A stretch of 64,000 nt of DNA from an uncultured Solirubrobacterales bacterium (GTDB lineage Bacteria; Actinomycetota; Thermoleophilia; Solirubrobacterales; 70-9), in NCBI GenBank assembly GCA_937872475.1, contig CALMSY010000025.1, forward strand, positions 6,379-70,378, in the 5' to 3' direction. How positions within the stretch are numbered: the stretch's first letter is position 1; each line of letters starts with the position of its first letter. Position numbers and translations under genes: made by a program. Below the pieces are notes generated by a model that searched no databases, was not told where the DNA came from, and worked only from the letters and a program-made list of their open reading frames with translations. Of the stretch, positions 28,835 to 37,903 are shown in pieces.

Positions 28835-30877
28835 TCAGACCCCGAGCAGTCCCTTGGCTTCCTCAACCACCCGGTCGGGCGTGAAGCCGAAGTGTTTCTG
28901 CAGATCCGGGAACGGGGCGGAGGCACCGAACGTGGTCATGCCGATCGCCACACCTTCCTCACCGACATAGCGTTCCCAGCCGAAGGTGGAAGCCTGTTCG
29001 ATCGAAATCCGCTTCGTGGCCGCAGCCGGCAGCACCGATTCCCGGTAGGCCGCATCCTGGCTTTCGAAGATGTGCCAGGAGGGCAGGGAGACAACTCTCG
29101 CCTTGATGCCTTCGATTGTCAGAGACTCGTAGGCCTCCAGTGCTATGTGGACCTCGGAGCCGGTGGCGATGAGGATCAGCTCCGGTTCACCATCACAGTC
29201 GGCGAGCACGTAACCACCACGGGCGAGACCGGAAGCGGCGGCATACTTGCTGCGGTCGATCACCGGGACCTTCTGGCGGGTCAGCACCAGGGCGGTCGGA
29301 TGATCGGTGCGGGGCATGATGACTTTCCATGCCTCGGCGACCTCGGCTGCGTCAGCGGGACGGATCACATCGAGATTCGGCATGGCTCGAAGCGAAGCGA
29401 GCTGCTCGACCGGTTGATGGGTCGGGCCGTCCTCGCCGAGTCCGATCGAGTCATGGGTCAGCCAGTGGACCACCGGCTGTTCCATGAGTGCGGAAAGGCG
29501 GATCGCCGGCCGGGCGTAGTCGGAGAAAATCAGGTAGGTCGACCAGACCGGACGCAGTGAACTCAGAGCCAGACCGTTCGACATCGCTGCCGACTCATGC
29601 TCGCGAACCCCGAGGTGAAGCATGTGTCCGGACCGATTCCCCGGGTCGAAGACCCCGGAGACCTCTTCCTTCAGGCCGCTGGAAGCCGAACCGGTCAGGT
29701 CGGCCGAGCCACTGATCAGCCAGGGCACCTTCGGACCGATCGTCTGCAGGGTCTTCTGGGCGGCTGATCGGGTAGCAACCTGGGTGCCTGCCTCGAAGTC
29801 GGGGATGTCGGCATCCCAGCCCACGGGAAGCTCGCCGGCCAGCATTGCGTCAACAAGTTTGCGGGTGTCAGCCGCGGCGGCGTCGAAGCGCTCACGCCAG
29901 GCCGCGCTCAGTTCGGCCCCGCGCTTGCCTACCCCGTTGTTCCAGGTTTCGTAGACGCCGTCGGGGACGAGGAAGTGGGCGTCGACCGGCCAGCCATACG
30001 CCTCTTTGGTCAGCTTTGTTTCGTCGGCACCGAGCGGGTTGCCGTGGACATCGGCGGTGTCAACCTTGTTCGGTGAGCCGTAGCCGATGTGACTGTGAAG
30101 AAGAATGAAAGTCGGCTTTTCTCGTTCCGACTTGAACTTGTCCAGGGCGCCACCGATTTCATCGAGATCATTGGCGTCGTTTACGTGGTGGACGGCCCAG
30201 CCATTGGCCTTGAACCGTTCTTCGACATCTTCGGTGAAGGTCAGATCGGTCGAACCATCGATCGTGATCCGGTTCGAGTCGTATATCCAGCAAAGGTTGT
30301 GAAGCTGCTGATGGCCGGCCAGTGAAGCGGCTTCCTGGGAGACACCCTCCATCAGGTCTCCGTCTCCGCAGATTGCGTAAACGTCGTAGTCGAAGAGATC
30401 CTCGCCGAAGGTGGCGTTCTTCCAGAGTGAGGCCGCGGCCATGCCGACCGAAGTGGCGATCCCCTGGCCAAGCGGACCAGTTGTGGTTTCAACCCCGGTG
30501 GTGAGGTGCGACTCCGGGTGGCCCGGGGTTGAGGACCCGAGCTGGCGGAAGTTCTCGATGTCCTCAAGGGTGACCGAGGAACGATCGGTGACGGTCCCGT
30601 CGTGCTCGACTTTCCTGACCCCCGCCAGGTGGAGAACCGAGTAGATCAACATCGAGGCATGCCCTGCCGAAAGGACGAACCTGTCACGGTTGGGCCAATG
30701 TGGATCGGCCGGGTCGTAGCGCAGGTAGTCCTGCCAGATCTTGAAGGCCAGCGGGGCCAGCGCCATTGCTGTCCCGGGATGACCAGAGTTGGCCTTGTCG
30801 ATAGCGTCGATCGACAGGGTCCTGATCGTGTTGATTGCCAGTTGCTCGGGAGACTGAGAAGCGAGGGAGTCGGTCAC
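28835..30877 (-). CDS. tkt: Transketolase
   Basis: It has AINTIRTLSIDAIDKANSGHPG and the TPP motif CGDGDLMEG. GTG 30877 with an upstream AGGA is preferred over the longer ORF start at 30982. Confidence 0.95.
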   Translation of the reverse strand: MTDSLASQSPEQLAINTIRTLSIDAIDKANSGHPGTAMALAPLAFKIWQDYLRYDPADPHWPNRDRFVLSAGHASMLIYSVLHLAGVRKVEHDGTVTDRSSVTLEDIENFRQLGSSTPGHPESHLTTGVETTTGPLGQGIATSVGMAAASLWKNATFGEDLFDYDVYAICGDGDLMEGVSQEAASLAGHQQLHNLCWIYDSNRITIDGSTDLTFTEDVEERFKANGWAVHHVNDANDLDEIGGALDKFKSEREKPTFILLHSHIGYGSPNKVDTADVHGNPLGADETKLTKEAYGWPVDAHFLVPDGVYETWNNGVGKRGAELSAAWRERFDAAAADTRKLVDAMLAGELPVGWDADIPDFEAGTQVATRSAAQKTLQTIGPKVPWLISGSADLTGSASSGLKEEVSGVFDPGNRSGHMLHLGVREHESAAMSNGLALSSLRPVWSTYLIFSDYARPAIRLSALMEQPVVHWLTHDSIGLGEDGPTHQPVEQLASLRAMPNLDVIRPADAAEVAEAWKVIMPRTDHPTALVLTRQKVPVIDRSKYAAASGLARGGYVLADCDGEPELILIATGSEVHIALEAYESLTIEGIKARVVSLPSWHIFESQDAAYRESVLPAAATKRISIEQASTFGWERYVGEEGVAIGMTTFGASAPFPDLQKHFGFTPDRVVEEAKGLLGV

Positions 30878-30935
30878 GGACGCAATCCTACGAGAAACCG
30901 GGACGGGCAGGGAACGGGTTGAGACTTTGCCCGGA

Positions 30936-31511
30936 TCAGTACTTGTTGCTGGGCTCGCCGAGGCCGTGGCTGCCGGCGGCATTCATCGATGTGGCACGGT
31001 CAACCTGACTGACCACTTCGAGCGGATTGGCAACTCCGTTGAAGACAAAGAGATTGTCCGAATCCGAGGCTGCAGTGTCGAAATCGACGTCACCGACCTG
31101 AAGCATCCGCTGGAAAACAGTCTGGCGGTAGTTGACATTCTGGACCCGTTCAAGGCGGGTTTCCTGAATGTCCCGGGCGAAAATTCCGCGCTTGATGTTC
31201 AGCCTGCGGTCAGTGATCGTGTACACGGTCGCCATGCGCCGGATGAATCCGATCAGAACGGTGATTCCGAGGGCGACCAGCACGATGATGAAAACACTCC
31301 CGAAGCCCTGACCCAGAAGTTTCGCGATCACCGCGATGATGATGCCGATCAGGAGTCCCTTCAGATAGAAGGCAAGAATTGACCGCCAGGAAGGGTGACC
31401 CTGGAAAATGATCTGTTCGCCGGGACTGGGGGTGAATGCCACGGACGCGAGCATATTCGACCGCAGCCGACCCGTGGGGACCTGCCGGTAGCTGAATCCG
31501 CCCGTCCGCAT
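30936..31511 (-). CDS. Membrane protein with bacterial PH domain (YdbS/YdbT-like)
   Basis: Two TM helices are followed by a TITDRRLNIKRGIF...E-containing PH-like segment. An alternative start is M20 at 31454. Confidence 0.65.
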   Translation of the reverse strand: MRTGGFSYRQVPTGRLRSNMLASVAFTPSPGEQIIFQGHPSWRSILAFYLKGLLIGIIIAVIAKLLGQGFGSVFIIVLVALGITVLIGFIRRMATVYTITDRRLNIKRGIFARDIQETRLERVQNVNYRQTVFQRMLQVGDVDFDTAASDSDNLFVFNGVANPLEVVSQVDRATSMNAAGSHGLGEPSNKY

Positions 31512-31530
31512 CGGTCCGTACCCTCAACCG

Positions 31531-33720
31531 GTGTCCATCGCCAGGGTCGAGCCGCTGACGACGGCCCGCGCTCTGCGGGGGCCCTTTGACTACCTGATCC
31601 CGGAAAGACTCGGTGAGGTCGGCGTCGGCACGGTTCTCGAGGTGCCATTCGGTCGCCGCCGAATCACCGGGGTCGTGGTCGAAATCACTGAAACGAGCGA
31701 AGTGTCGCCGGAGAAGCTGGTCGAACCCATCCGGTCGCTCGGCACCGGTACCACTCCTGAACTCGTTCAACTCGGCCTCTGGATCGCTGCCGAATACTGT
31801 TCGACTCCAGCCCGCGGTCTCGGGCTGGTTCTCCCTCCGGGTACCGGCACCGGCGGCGAAAGGACCCGCTTCAGGGTGGAGAAGCTCAATTCCATCACCG
31901 AGGCGGGCAGGGATGCCCTTGAAGGAGGGGCGAGACTGGGCTCGAGGCAGCGGCTCGCGCTTCAGCAACTCCTCGAAGGTGAACTGAATGGGCGCCAGCT
32001 TGAGGCAAGAGCGGGAGTCTCCAGCGGGACGTTGAAAACACTGGAGGGCCGGGGCCTGATCGAGAGGCGAGAGGTCCACTTGCGGCGAAAGCCGACCGGC
32101 ATCGATGTCGGCTCGGCGGCGGCAACGGCCCCGGACCTGACGCAGGACCAGCGAACGGCGGTCGAATCGCTGGTAGGGAAGCTGGAGGTACCGGAAGGGT
32201 CGGAAGGCATTTTGCTCGCGGGCGTCACCGGTTCCGGCAAAACCGAGGTGTATCTGGCAGTGGTCGAAGAGGTGCTAGCCCGGGGCCGCACAGCGATCGT
32301 CCTGGTTCCGGAGATAGGGCTGACACCCCAGGCGGTCAACCGGTTCCAGGCTCGCCTCGGGGACCGGGTTGCCGTGCTTCACTCCGCTCTTTCTTCCGGT
32401 CAGCGCTTTGATGAGTGGCAGCGCCTCAAAACCGGCGAAGCGACCGTCTGCGTCGGACCACGCTCCGCGGTTTTCGCTCCGTTGGCGAATCTGGGGCTGA
32501 TCGTGATCGACGAGGAGCATGATTCCTCGTATAAGCAGGAGGGCGACCCCCGGTATGACGCCCGCGATGTGGCCCGGCACCGGGCAAAGGCCAACGGATC
32601 GCTGCTTGTGCTCGGTTCCGCCACTCCGCGGCCGGAAACCTGGAACCGGTTGAAACGGATCGGCCTGCCGGCAAGGGTTGACGGCCAGGAAATGCCACCT
32701 GTCGAGATCGTCGATATGCGTGAAGCCAATCCCGGCAGCGGTCCGCTTCATCGGCGCACCTGGGAGATGTTGGCCGAGATTCGAGAACGCCGGGAAAAGG
32801 CGATTGTGATGATCAACCGCCGAGGTTTCGCGCCCTGGCTGACCTGCCGGACCTGCGGCCACCACTGGGGTTGCCCGAACTGTGATGTCTCGCTGATCGT
32901 GCATCGGGAATCAGGCCAGCTGATCTGCCATCACTGCAACCACGCCGAGCCACTGCCCCGAAGCTGCCCGGACTGTGGCGGCACGACGCTTTCCCAGACC
33001 GGGGCGGGAACCCAGCGGATCGAGCGGCTACTGGCCGAAGAACTCGCTCCGATGCCAGTCTTCCGCCTTGACGCGGACACCAGCGCCGGACCGGGCGGTC
33101 ACGCCCGGATCCTCTCCGCCTTTGACCGCGAAAAGAGTGCTGTGCTGGTTGGCACCCAGATGGTCGCCAAAGGCCACGACTTTCCCGAGGTCACCCTCGC
33201 CGCGATCCTCGATGCCGACGCAACCTTGCGCTTTCCGGACTTCCGGGCCGAGGAACGTACCTTTTCCCTGGTCACCCAGCTTGCCGGCCGCAGCGGCCGC
33301 AGCAGGGCCGGAGGGCGGGTGATTGTCCAGACCCTTTCTCCGGACACACCCAGTATCGCCAGCGCAGCCGGGCACGATTCCCCCGGCTTCCTGGCGGGAG
33401 AGCTGGAGCGTCGCCAGGAACTGGGCTATCCGCCTTACTCGCACCTGATCCGGATTCAGCTCGGGGCCGAAATTGAATCTGACGTGGAGCAGGCAGCCAG
33501 TCTGGTCGCCGACCGGGTCGGGAAGGCACTCCCGGAGGGGGCCGAACTGCTCGGTCCGGCCCCGATGTTCCGGGCACGGAACAGGTTCCGTCGGCGGATC
33601 CTGATCCGTTCCGGCACCCGGGCCCGATCAATCGCCGCAGTCCACCAGTCGATCGAAGAACTCCTTGAAGATCGCCTGCTTCGCAACATCACCCTGGTGG
33701 TTGACGTCGATCCGCAATAG
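31531..33720 (+). CDS. priA: Primosomal replication-restart helicase PriA
   Basis: It has Walker A GVTGSGKTEVY, a DEEHD box, and a Cys-rich zinc insertion (CRTCGHHWGCPNCDVSL...CHHCNH...CPDCGG). Confidence 0.92.
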   Translation: MSIARVEPLTTARALRGPFDYLIPERLGEVGVGTVLEVPFGRRRITGVVVEITETSEVSPEKLVEPIRSLGTGTTPELVQLGLWIAAEYCSTPARGLGLVLPPGTGTGGERTRFRVEKLNSITEAGRDALEGGARLGSRQRLALQQLLEGELNGRQLEARAGVSSGTLKTLEGRGLIERREVHLRRKPTGIDVGSAAATAPDLTQDQRTAVESLVGKLEVPEGSEGILLAGVTGSGKTEVYLAVVEEVLARGRTAIVLVPEIGLTPQAVNRFQARLGDRVAVLHSALSSGQRFDEWQRLKTGEATVCVGPRSAVFAPLANLGLIVIDEEHDSSYKQEGDPRYDARDVARHRAKANGSLLVLGSATPRPETWNRLKRIGLPARVDGQEMPPVEIVDMREANPGSGPLHRRTWEMLAEIRERREKAIVMINRRGFAPWLTCRTCGHHWGCPNCDVSLIVHRESGQLICHHCNHAEPLPRSCPDCGGTTLSQTGAGTQRIERLLAEELAPMPVFRLDADTSAGPGGHARILSAFDREKSAVLVGTQMVAKGHDFPEVTLAAILDADATLRFPDFRAEERTFSLVTQLAGRSGRSRAGGRVIVQTLSPDTPSIASAAGHDSPGFLAGELERRQELGYPPYSHLIRIQLGAEIESDVEQAASLVADRVGKALPEGAELLGPAPMFRARNRFRRRILIRSGTRARSIAAVHQSIEELLEDRLLRNITLVVDVDPQ

Positions 33721-34002
33721 GGATCAGCCGATGACGGATACATCGCCAGCCGGGCCTCCGGTGAATCCCCGGCCTGAGCACCGATCGGGGCGTCGGTAGA
33801 CTCGGCGGAGATGTCTTCGGACGAAGAAACAGCGACTTTGAGTGAAGAAGCGGCCGCCTATGCCGAGGGAATAGAGCGGGCGGAAGAAGCCTTCACGGCA
33901 GCGAGCGAAAGCGATCAGGGCGGCCCGGTTGAAGAAGTCGAACCCGAAGGCGGCGAGGTGCCAGTCAGGGGCTACGACGAGGAGACCCTGAAGCGGAGGG
34001 AG

Positions 34003-34515
34003 ATGGCGCTCTCCCAGATCGTCCAGTACGGCGATCCGGTACTGAAGAGCCGCGCCTCCGAGGTCAGGGAGTTCGATCAGGCGCTCTCCGGAGAGATCGA
34101 GCGGATGTTCGAGTTGATGAAGGACGGACTCGGAGTAGGGCTGGCCGCGACGCAGGTCGGAAAGCTCCGGCGCCTGCTGGTATTCCAGACCAACGCTGAC
34201 GCGGTTCCCCAGGAACTGGTCAACCCTGAAATCGAATGGCTTTCGGATGAGTCTGAAGTCGCGGCCGAAGGCTGTCTCAGCATTCCTCGCGTAATCGTCG
34301 AAGTTGAACGGCCGCTCTACGCGCGGGTTCGTGGCAGGGATCGGACCGGAGCGGAGGTGCTGATTGAAGCATCCGGCCACGAGGCAAGGGTGCTACAGCA
34401 CGAGATCGATCATCTTGACGGCATCCTGATTCTCGACCGGACCGAGAAGCCCCAGCGCAAGGCCGCAATGAAGGCACTTCGCCGCGGCGAGGCGTACACC
34501 TCGCACGAAGACTGA
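34003..34515 (+). CDS. def: Peptide deformylase
   Basis: Motifs are GLAATQVG, EGCLSIP and HEIDHLDG. ATG 34003 has a strong GGAGGGAG Shine-Dalgarno sequence. The ORF is also open in frame from ATG 33811. Confidence 0.9.
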   Translation: MALSQIVQYGDPVLKSRASEVREFDQALSGEIERMFELMKDGLGVGLAATQVGKLRRLLVFQTNADAVPQELVNPEIEWLSDESEVAAEGCLSIPRVIVEVERPLYARVRGRDRTGAEVLIEASGHEARVLQHEIDHLDGILILDRTEKPQRKAAMKALRRGEAYTSHED

Positions 34516-34543
34516 TGACCTGCCGGAAGCGCGGCTAGCGTCC

Positions 34544-35464
34544 ATGCCGGGGGTATTTCTCGGAACTTCGGAGTTCGCCGGCACCGTGCTCGGGGTCCTT
34601 GCCGCATCGCCGGAACGGCCGGATCTTGTCGTAACCCTGCCCGACCGCCGCCGCGGGCGCGGCCGCAGGGAGCATGCTTCACCGGTCGCTGAACTTGCCG
34701 GAAATCTCGGCATTGAAGTCCTGAAATCCGGCAATGTAAACGCCGATGAAGACCGGGCGAGGATCCTCGAAGCCGGTGGTGAATGGGCATCTATTTGCGC
34801 TTTCGGACAGCTGATCCGGGAGCCGCTGCTGTCGCAGCTTCCAATGCTGAACGTGCATCCGTCACTGCTGCCGCGCTGGCGCGGGGCGGCCCCGGTCGAA
34901 CGGGCGATCATGGAAGGCGACTCCCGAACCGGCGTCTGCGTGATGCGGTTGGTCGCCGGGCTGGATTCGGGCCCGGTTGCTTTGAGGGAAGAGATCGTGA
35001 TCGACCCCGATGAGGATTTCGGTTCGCTCTCCGGCCGTCTGGCAGAACTCGGGGGGAGGTTGCTGATTGAAGGACTGACTCTTGCCCGGCGAGGTGAAGT
35101 CGCCTGGGAGGAGCAGGGTGAAGCCGGCCTCACATACGCGGAGAAGATTTCGGCCGAAGACCGAAAATTGGAACCATCCCGGTCCGCCCGCCAGATTCAC
35201 GATCAGGTGCGGGCCCTGACTCCGCACATCGGCGCCTGGCTGCCGCTCGGCGCAGCAGACCGGCTCGGAGTGCGGGCCACAACAGTGCTCGATTCCGGAC
35301 CCGCACCCGGACAATTCGCGGAAGAGGAAGGCTGGCCGGTGCTCGGCTGCGGCGAGGGGGCGGTTCGTCTCGACCGGGTTCAACCTCCGGGCAAGAAGGA
35401 GATGGACGGGGACGCCTGGCTCAGAGGTCGTGGTCAGGGTAATTTCCCCGGCCAGGAACCGTGA
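34544..35464 (+). CDS. fmt: Methionyl-tRNA formyltransferase
   Basis: It has the HPSLLPRWRGAAPV motif and sits in the def-fmt-rsmB order. Confidence 0.93.
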   Translation: MPGVFLGTSEFAGTVLGVLAASPERPDLVVTLPDRRRGRGRREHASPVAELAGNLGIEVLKSGNVNADEDRARILEAGGEWASICAFGQLIREPLLSQLPMLNVHPSLLPRWRGAAPVERAIMEGDSRTGVCVMRLVAGLDSGPVALREEIVIDPDEDFGSLSGRLAELGGRLLIEGLTLARRGEVAWEEQGEAGLTYAEKISAEDRKLEPSRSARQIHDQVRALTPHIGAWLPLGAADRLGVRATTVLDSGPAPGQFAEEEGWPVLGCGEGAVRLDRVQPPGKKEMDGDAWLRGRGQGNFPGQEP

Positions 35465-36816
35465 GCAGGGTCACCCCCGAACGGGAGGTTGCTTACGCAG
35501 TTCTCCGTCGCACCTTCGAGCATGACGAATACACCGAGGCGGCTTTCAGGGAAGAAGCGGTTTCCCGGGATCTGACCGGCCGCTCGCGTGCCCAGGCCCA
35601 GCGGCTTGCCTTCGGGGCGGTCCAGCGCCGCGGCTCGACGGATTCGATCGTCTCGTCATTCATGAAACAGAAAGGGAGGCGTCCTGACCCTCCGGTGACA
35701 GCGGCGCTTCGCCTGGGGATGTTCGAACTTCTTTTCGCCGACGCCACGCCGGACCACGCCGCGGTCGACCAGGCAGTCAGTCTGGTCCGTGCGGCCGGGG
35801 CCGACTACGCAGCGGGTTTTGCCAACGCACTTCTTCGCCGGACCTTGCGCGAGCGGAAGTCAGTGCTTGCCCGGCTTAGTGATGACTCGACCCCGGAAGC
35901 AGCCTCGGTCGCGCATTCCTTTCCGGACTGGCTGGCCCGGATGTGGTGGGAGGAACTCGGAGCTGATCGTGCCCGCGCTCTGATGGCTGCCGCGAATGGT
36001 CCTTCCGAGCGGGCGGTGAGGGTGAACACAGCCCGGATCACCGTCGAAGAAGTGATTGGACGCTTCTCCGGTGAAGATCTCGAACTGGTTCCGGCAGATG
36101 GATCATGGCCAATGTCCCCGCCGGAGCTCCTGATCGCCCGGGGGAGTCTCGCCGCAATCGAGACAGCAGCTGAAGAGGGGCTGGTTGTTTCACAGTCGCG
36201 AGGATCGGCGGCGGTGGTTGAAGTGCTCGATCCCCGGCCCGGTGAGCGGATTCTCGATCTCTGTGCCGGGCCGGGAATCAAGACAGGACAGATCGCGGCC
36301 CGGGTGGGGCGCATGGGCAACATGGTTTCGGTAGAACCGGTCGAGGAGCGGGCCGCAGATATCGCAGCGCAGCTGGAGCGGCTCGGCTTTCATCATGGGC
36401 TGGTGGTTGAAGCTGACGCTCGCGAAAGCGAGATCCTCAGTGATTTCGACCGGGTGCTGGTTGATGCTCCCTGCTCCGACCTTGGTGCTCTCTCGTCACG
36501 TCCCGACGCCCGCTGGCGAAAGTCACCGGCACTGATCGAGAGGGTGACGAAGCTTCAGGGCGAGATTCTCGGTCGTGCCGCGGGCTTTGTCAGTGAAGGC
36601 GGCAGCCTGGTCTATTCGACCTGCACAATTTCCCGGCGTGAGAACTCCGGCCAGATCCTTGAACTTGCTGCCCGACACGGACTCGTGATCGACGACCTCG
36701 GAGCTCGTGCGCCGCATCTAGCCGACCCCCATGATTCGCGCTTCCTTCAGATAATGCCCGACCGGGATCACACCACTGGCTTCTTCATCGCCCGCCTCGT
36801 GAGCGGCGCTAAGTGA
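35461..36816 (+). CDS. rsmB: 16S rRNA m5C methyltransferase RsmB/Sun
   Basis: It has a NusB-like N-terminal region, the SAM motif ILDLCAGPGIKT, and the catalytic DAPCS and YSTCT motifs. Confidence 0.88.
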   Translation: MSRVTPEREVAYAVLRRTFEHDEYTEAAFREEAVSRDLTGRSRAQAQRLAFGAVQRRGSTDSIVSSFMKQKGRRPDPPVTAALRLGMFELLFADATPDHAAVDQAVSLVRAAGADYAAGFANALLRRTLRERKSVLARLSDDSTPEAASVAHSFPDWLARMWWEELGADRARALMAAANGPSERAVRVNTARITVEEVIGRFSGEDLELVPADGSWPMSPPELLIARGSLAAIETAAEEGLVVSQSRGSAAVVEVLDPRPGERILDLCAGPGIKTGQIAARVGRMGNMVSVEPVEERAADIAAQLERLGFHHGLVVEADARESEILSDFDRVLVDAPCSDLGALSSRPDARWRKSPALIERVTKLQGEILGRAAGFVSEGGSLVYSTCTISRRENSGQILELAARHGLVIDDLGARAPHLADPHDSRFLQIMPDRDHTTGFFIARLVSGAK

Positions 36817-37100
36817 CGGATTGGACGACCGGCCTCCGACGGTTACGGAATAATCGCCCCATGGCGACCGAGTCAGAGAAGACGACCGTCGACCGCAGGC
36901 CACCCTGTCCGGGTTGCGGCGAGCCCTGGCTCAGACCGACCCAGCTACCGGGGCGGTTTCGCTGTGTCTACTGTCTTTCCCGATTTGAACTGGTTTCACA
37001 GTGCCCGAATTGCGGTGAGCACCAGACCATCGCCAGAATGAGCACCGCCGAGGACATGAGCTGCCAAAGTTGTGGCGCGTCGATGCTCCAGACAATCTGA
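36813..37100 (+). CDS. Small double zinc-ribbon protein of unknown function
   Basis: It has four CxxC pairs (CPGC, CVYC, CPNC, CQSC). GTG 36813 overlaps the rsmB stop (GTGA). An alternative ATG lies at 36861. Confidence 0.5.
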   Translation: MTDWTTGLRRLRNNRPMATESEKTTVDRRPPCPGCGEPWLRPTQLPGRFRCVYCLSRFELVSQCPNCGEHQTIARMSTAEDMSCQSCGASMLQTI

Positions 37101-37118
37101 CCCCGACCCGAGAACCCG

Positions 37119-37832
37119 ATGACCAATCAGCCCCGCACCGCCGATACTCCCTTGCCGGAAGCCTTCCAGGGCATCCGCATCGCACCTTCGATCCTCTCCG
37201 CCGATTTCGGAAAGCTCGGTGAGCAGATAACCGAACTGATGGACGCCGGGGCGCGGGTGATCCACTTCGACGTGATGGACGGCCAGTTCGTTCCTCCGAT
37301 CACGATCGGGCCGCTGGTCCTCGCCGGAATCGCCGATCAGGTCCACGACGCGGGCGGGGTGGTGGATGTCCACCTCATGATCGAGAATCCGGACCGTCAG
37401 TTCGCGGATTTCGCCAAGGCCGGTGCCGACTCGATCATCTTCCATGAAGAGGCGACACCGCATGCACACCGCTGCTGCCATGCGATCCGTGAGCTCGGCT
37501 GCCTGGCCGGGGTTGCGATAAACCCGGGCACTCCAGTCGAAGTGGTCTCCGAACTGGAGGGGATGGTCGACGAGTTCCTGGTCATGACCGTCAATCCGGG
37601 CTGGGGTGGCCAGCCCTTCATCGGCACGTCACCCGGGAAGGTACGGCGTCTGCGCTCTCTGGTCGGTGAAGAAGTTCTGATCGAGGTCGATGGCGGCATC
37701 GGCACCTCAACCGCCGGTCGCATGTCTGACGCGGGAGCGACTCTGATGGTCGCCGGCTCGGCGATCTTCAAATCAGACGATCCTGCCCAGGCCTATCGGG
37801 ACATAGACGCCGCCGCGCAGCCCGGTTCCTGA
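37119..37832 (+). CDS. rpe: Ribulose-phosphate 3-epimerase
   Basis: IAPSILSADFGKLGEQI and HFDVMDGQFVP are typical of Rpe. Confidence 0.95.
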   Translation: MTNQPRTADTPLPEAFQGIRIAPSILSADFGKLGEQITELMDAGARVIHFDVMDGQFVPPITIGPLVLAGIADQVHDAGGVVDVHLMIENPDRQFADFAKAGADSIIFHEEATPHAHRCCHAIRELGCLAGVAINPGTPVEVVSELEGMVDEFLVMTVNPGWGGQPFIGTSPGKVRRLRSLVGEEVLIEVDGGIGTSTAGRMSDAGATLMVAGSAIFKSDDPAQAYRDIDAAAQPGS

Positions 37833-37869
37833 ACACCACCGCGCAGCCCGGTTCCTGAATACTGCCGCG
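37813..37869 (+). repeat. 26-bp tandem duplication covering the rpe 3' end and stop codon
   Basis: ccgcgcagcccggttcctgaa occurs at 37813-37833 and again at 37839-37859 (21/21 identical). A third ccgcg initiates at 37865. Confidence 0.9.
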
Positions 37870-37903
37870 GCGCGACGCCAAACCCGCGTCCAGAGCAGAA
37901 CTA

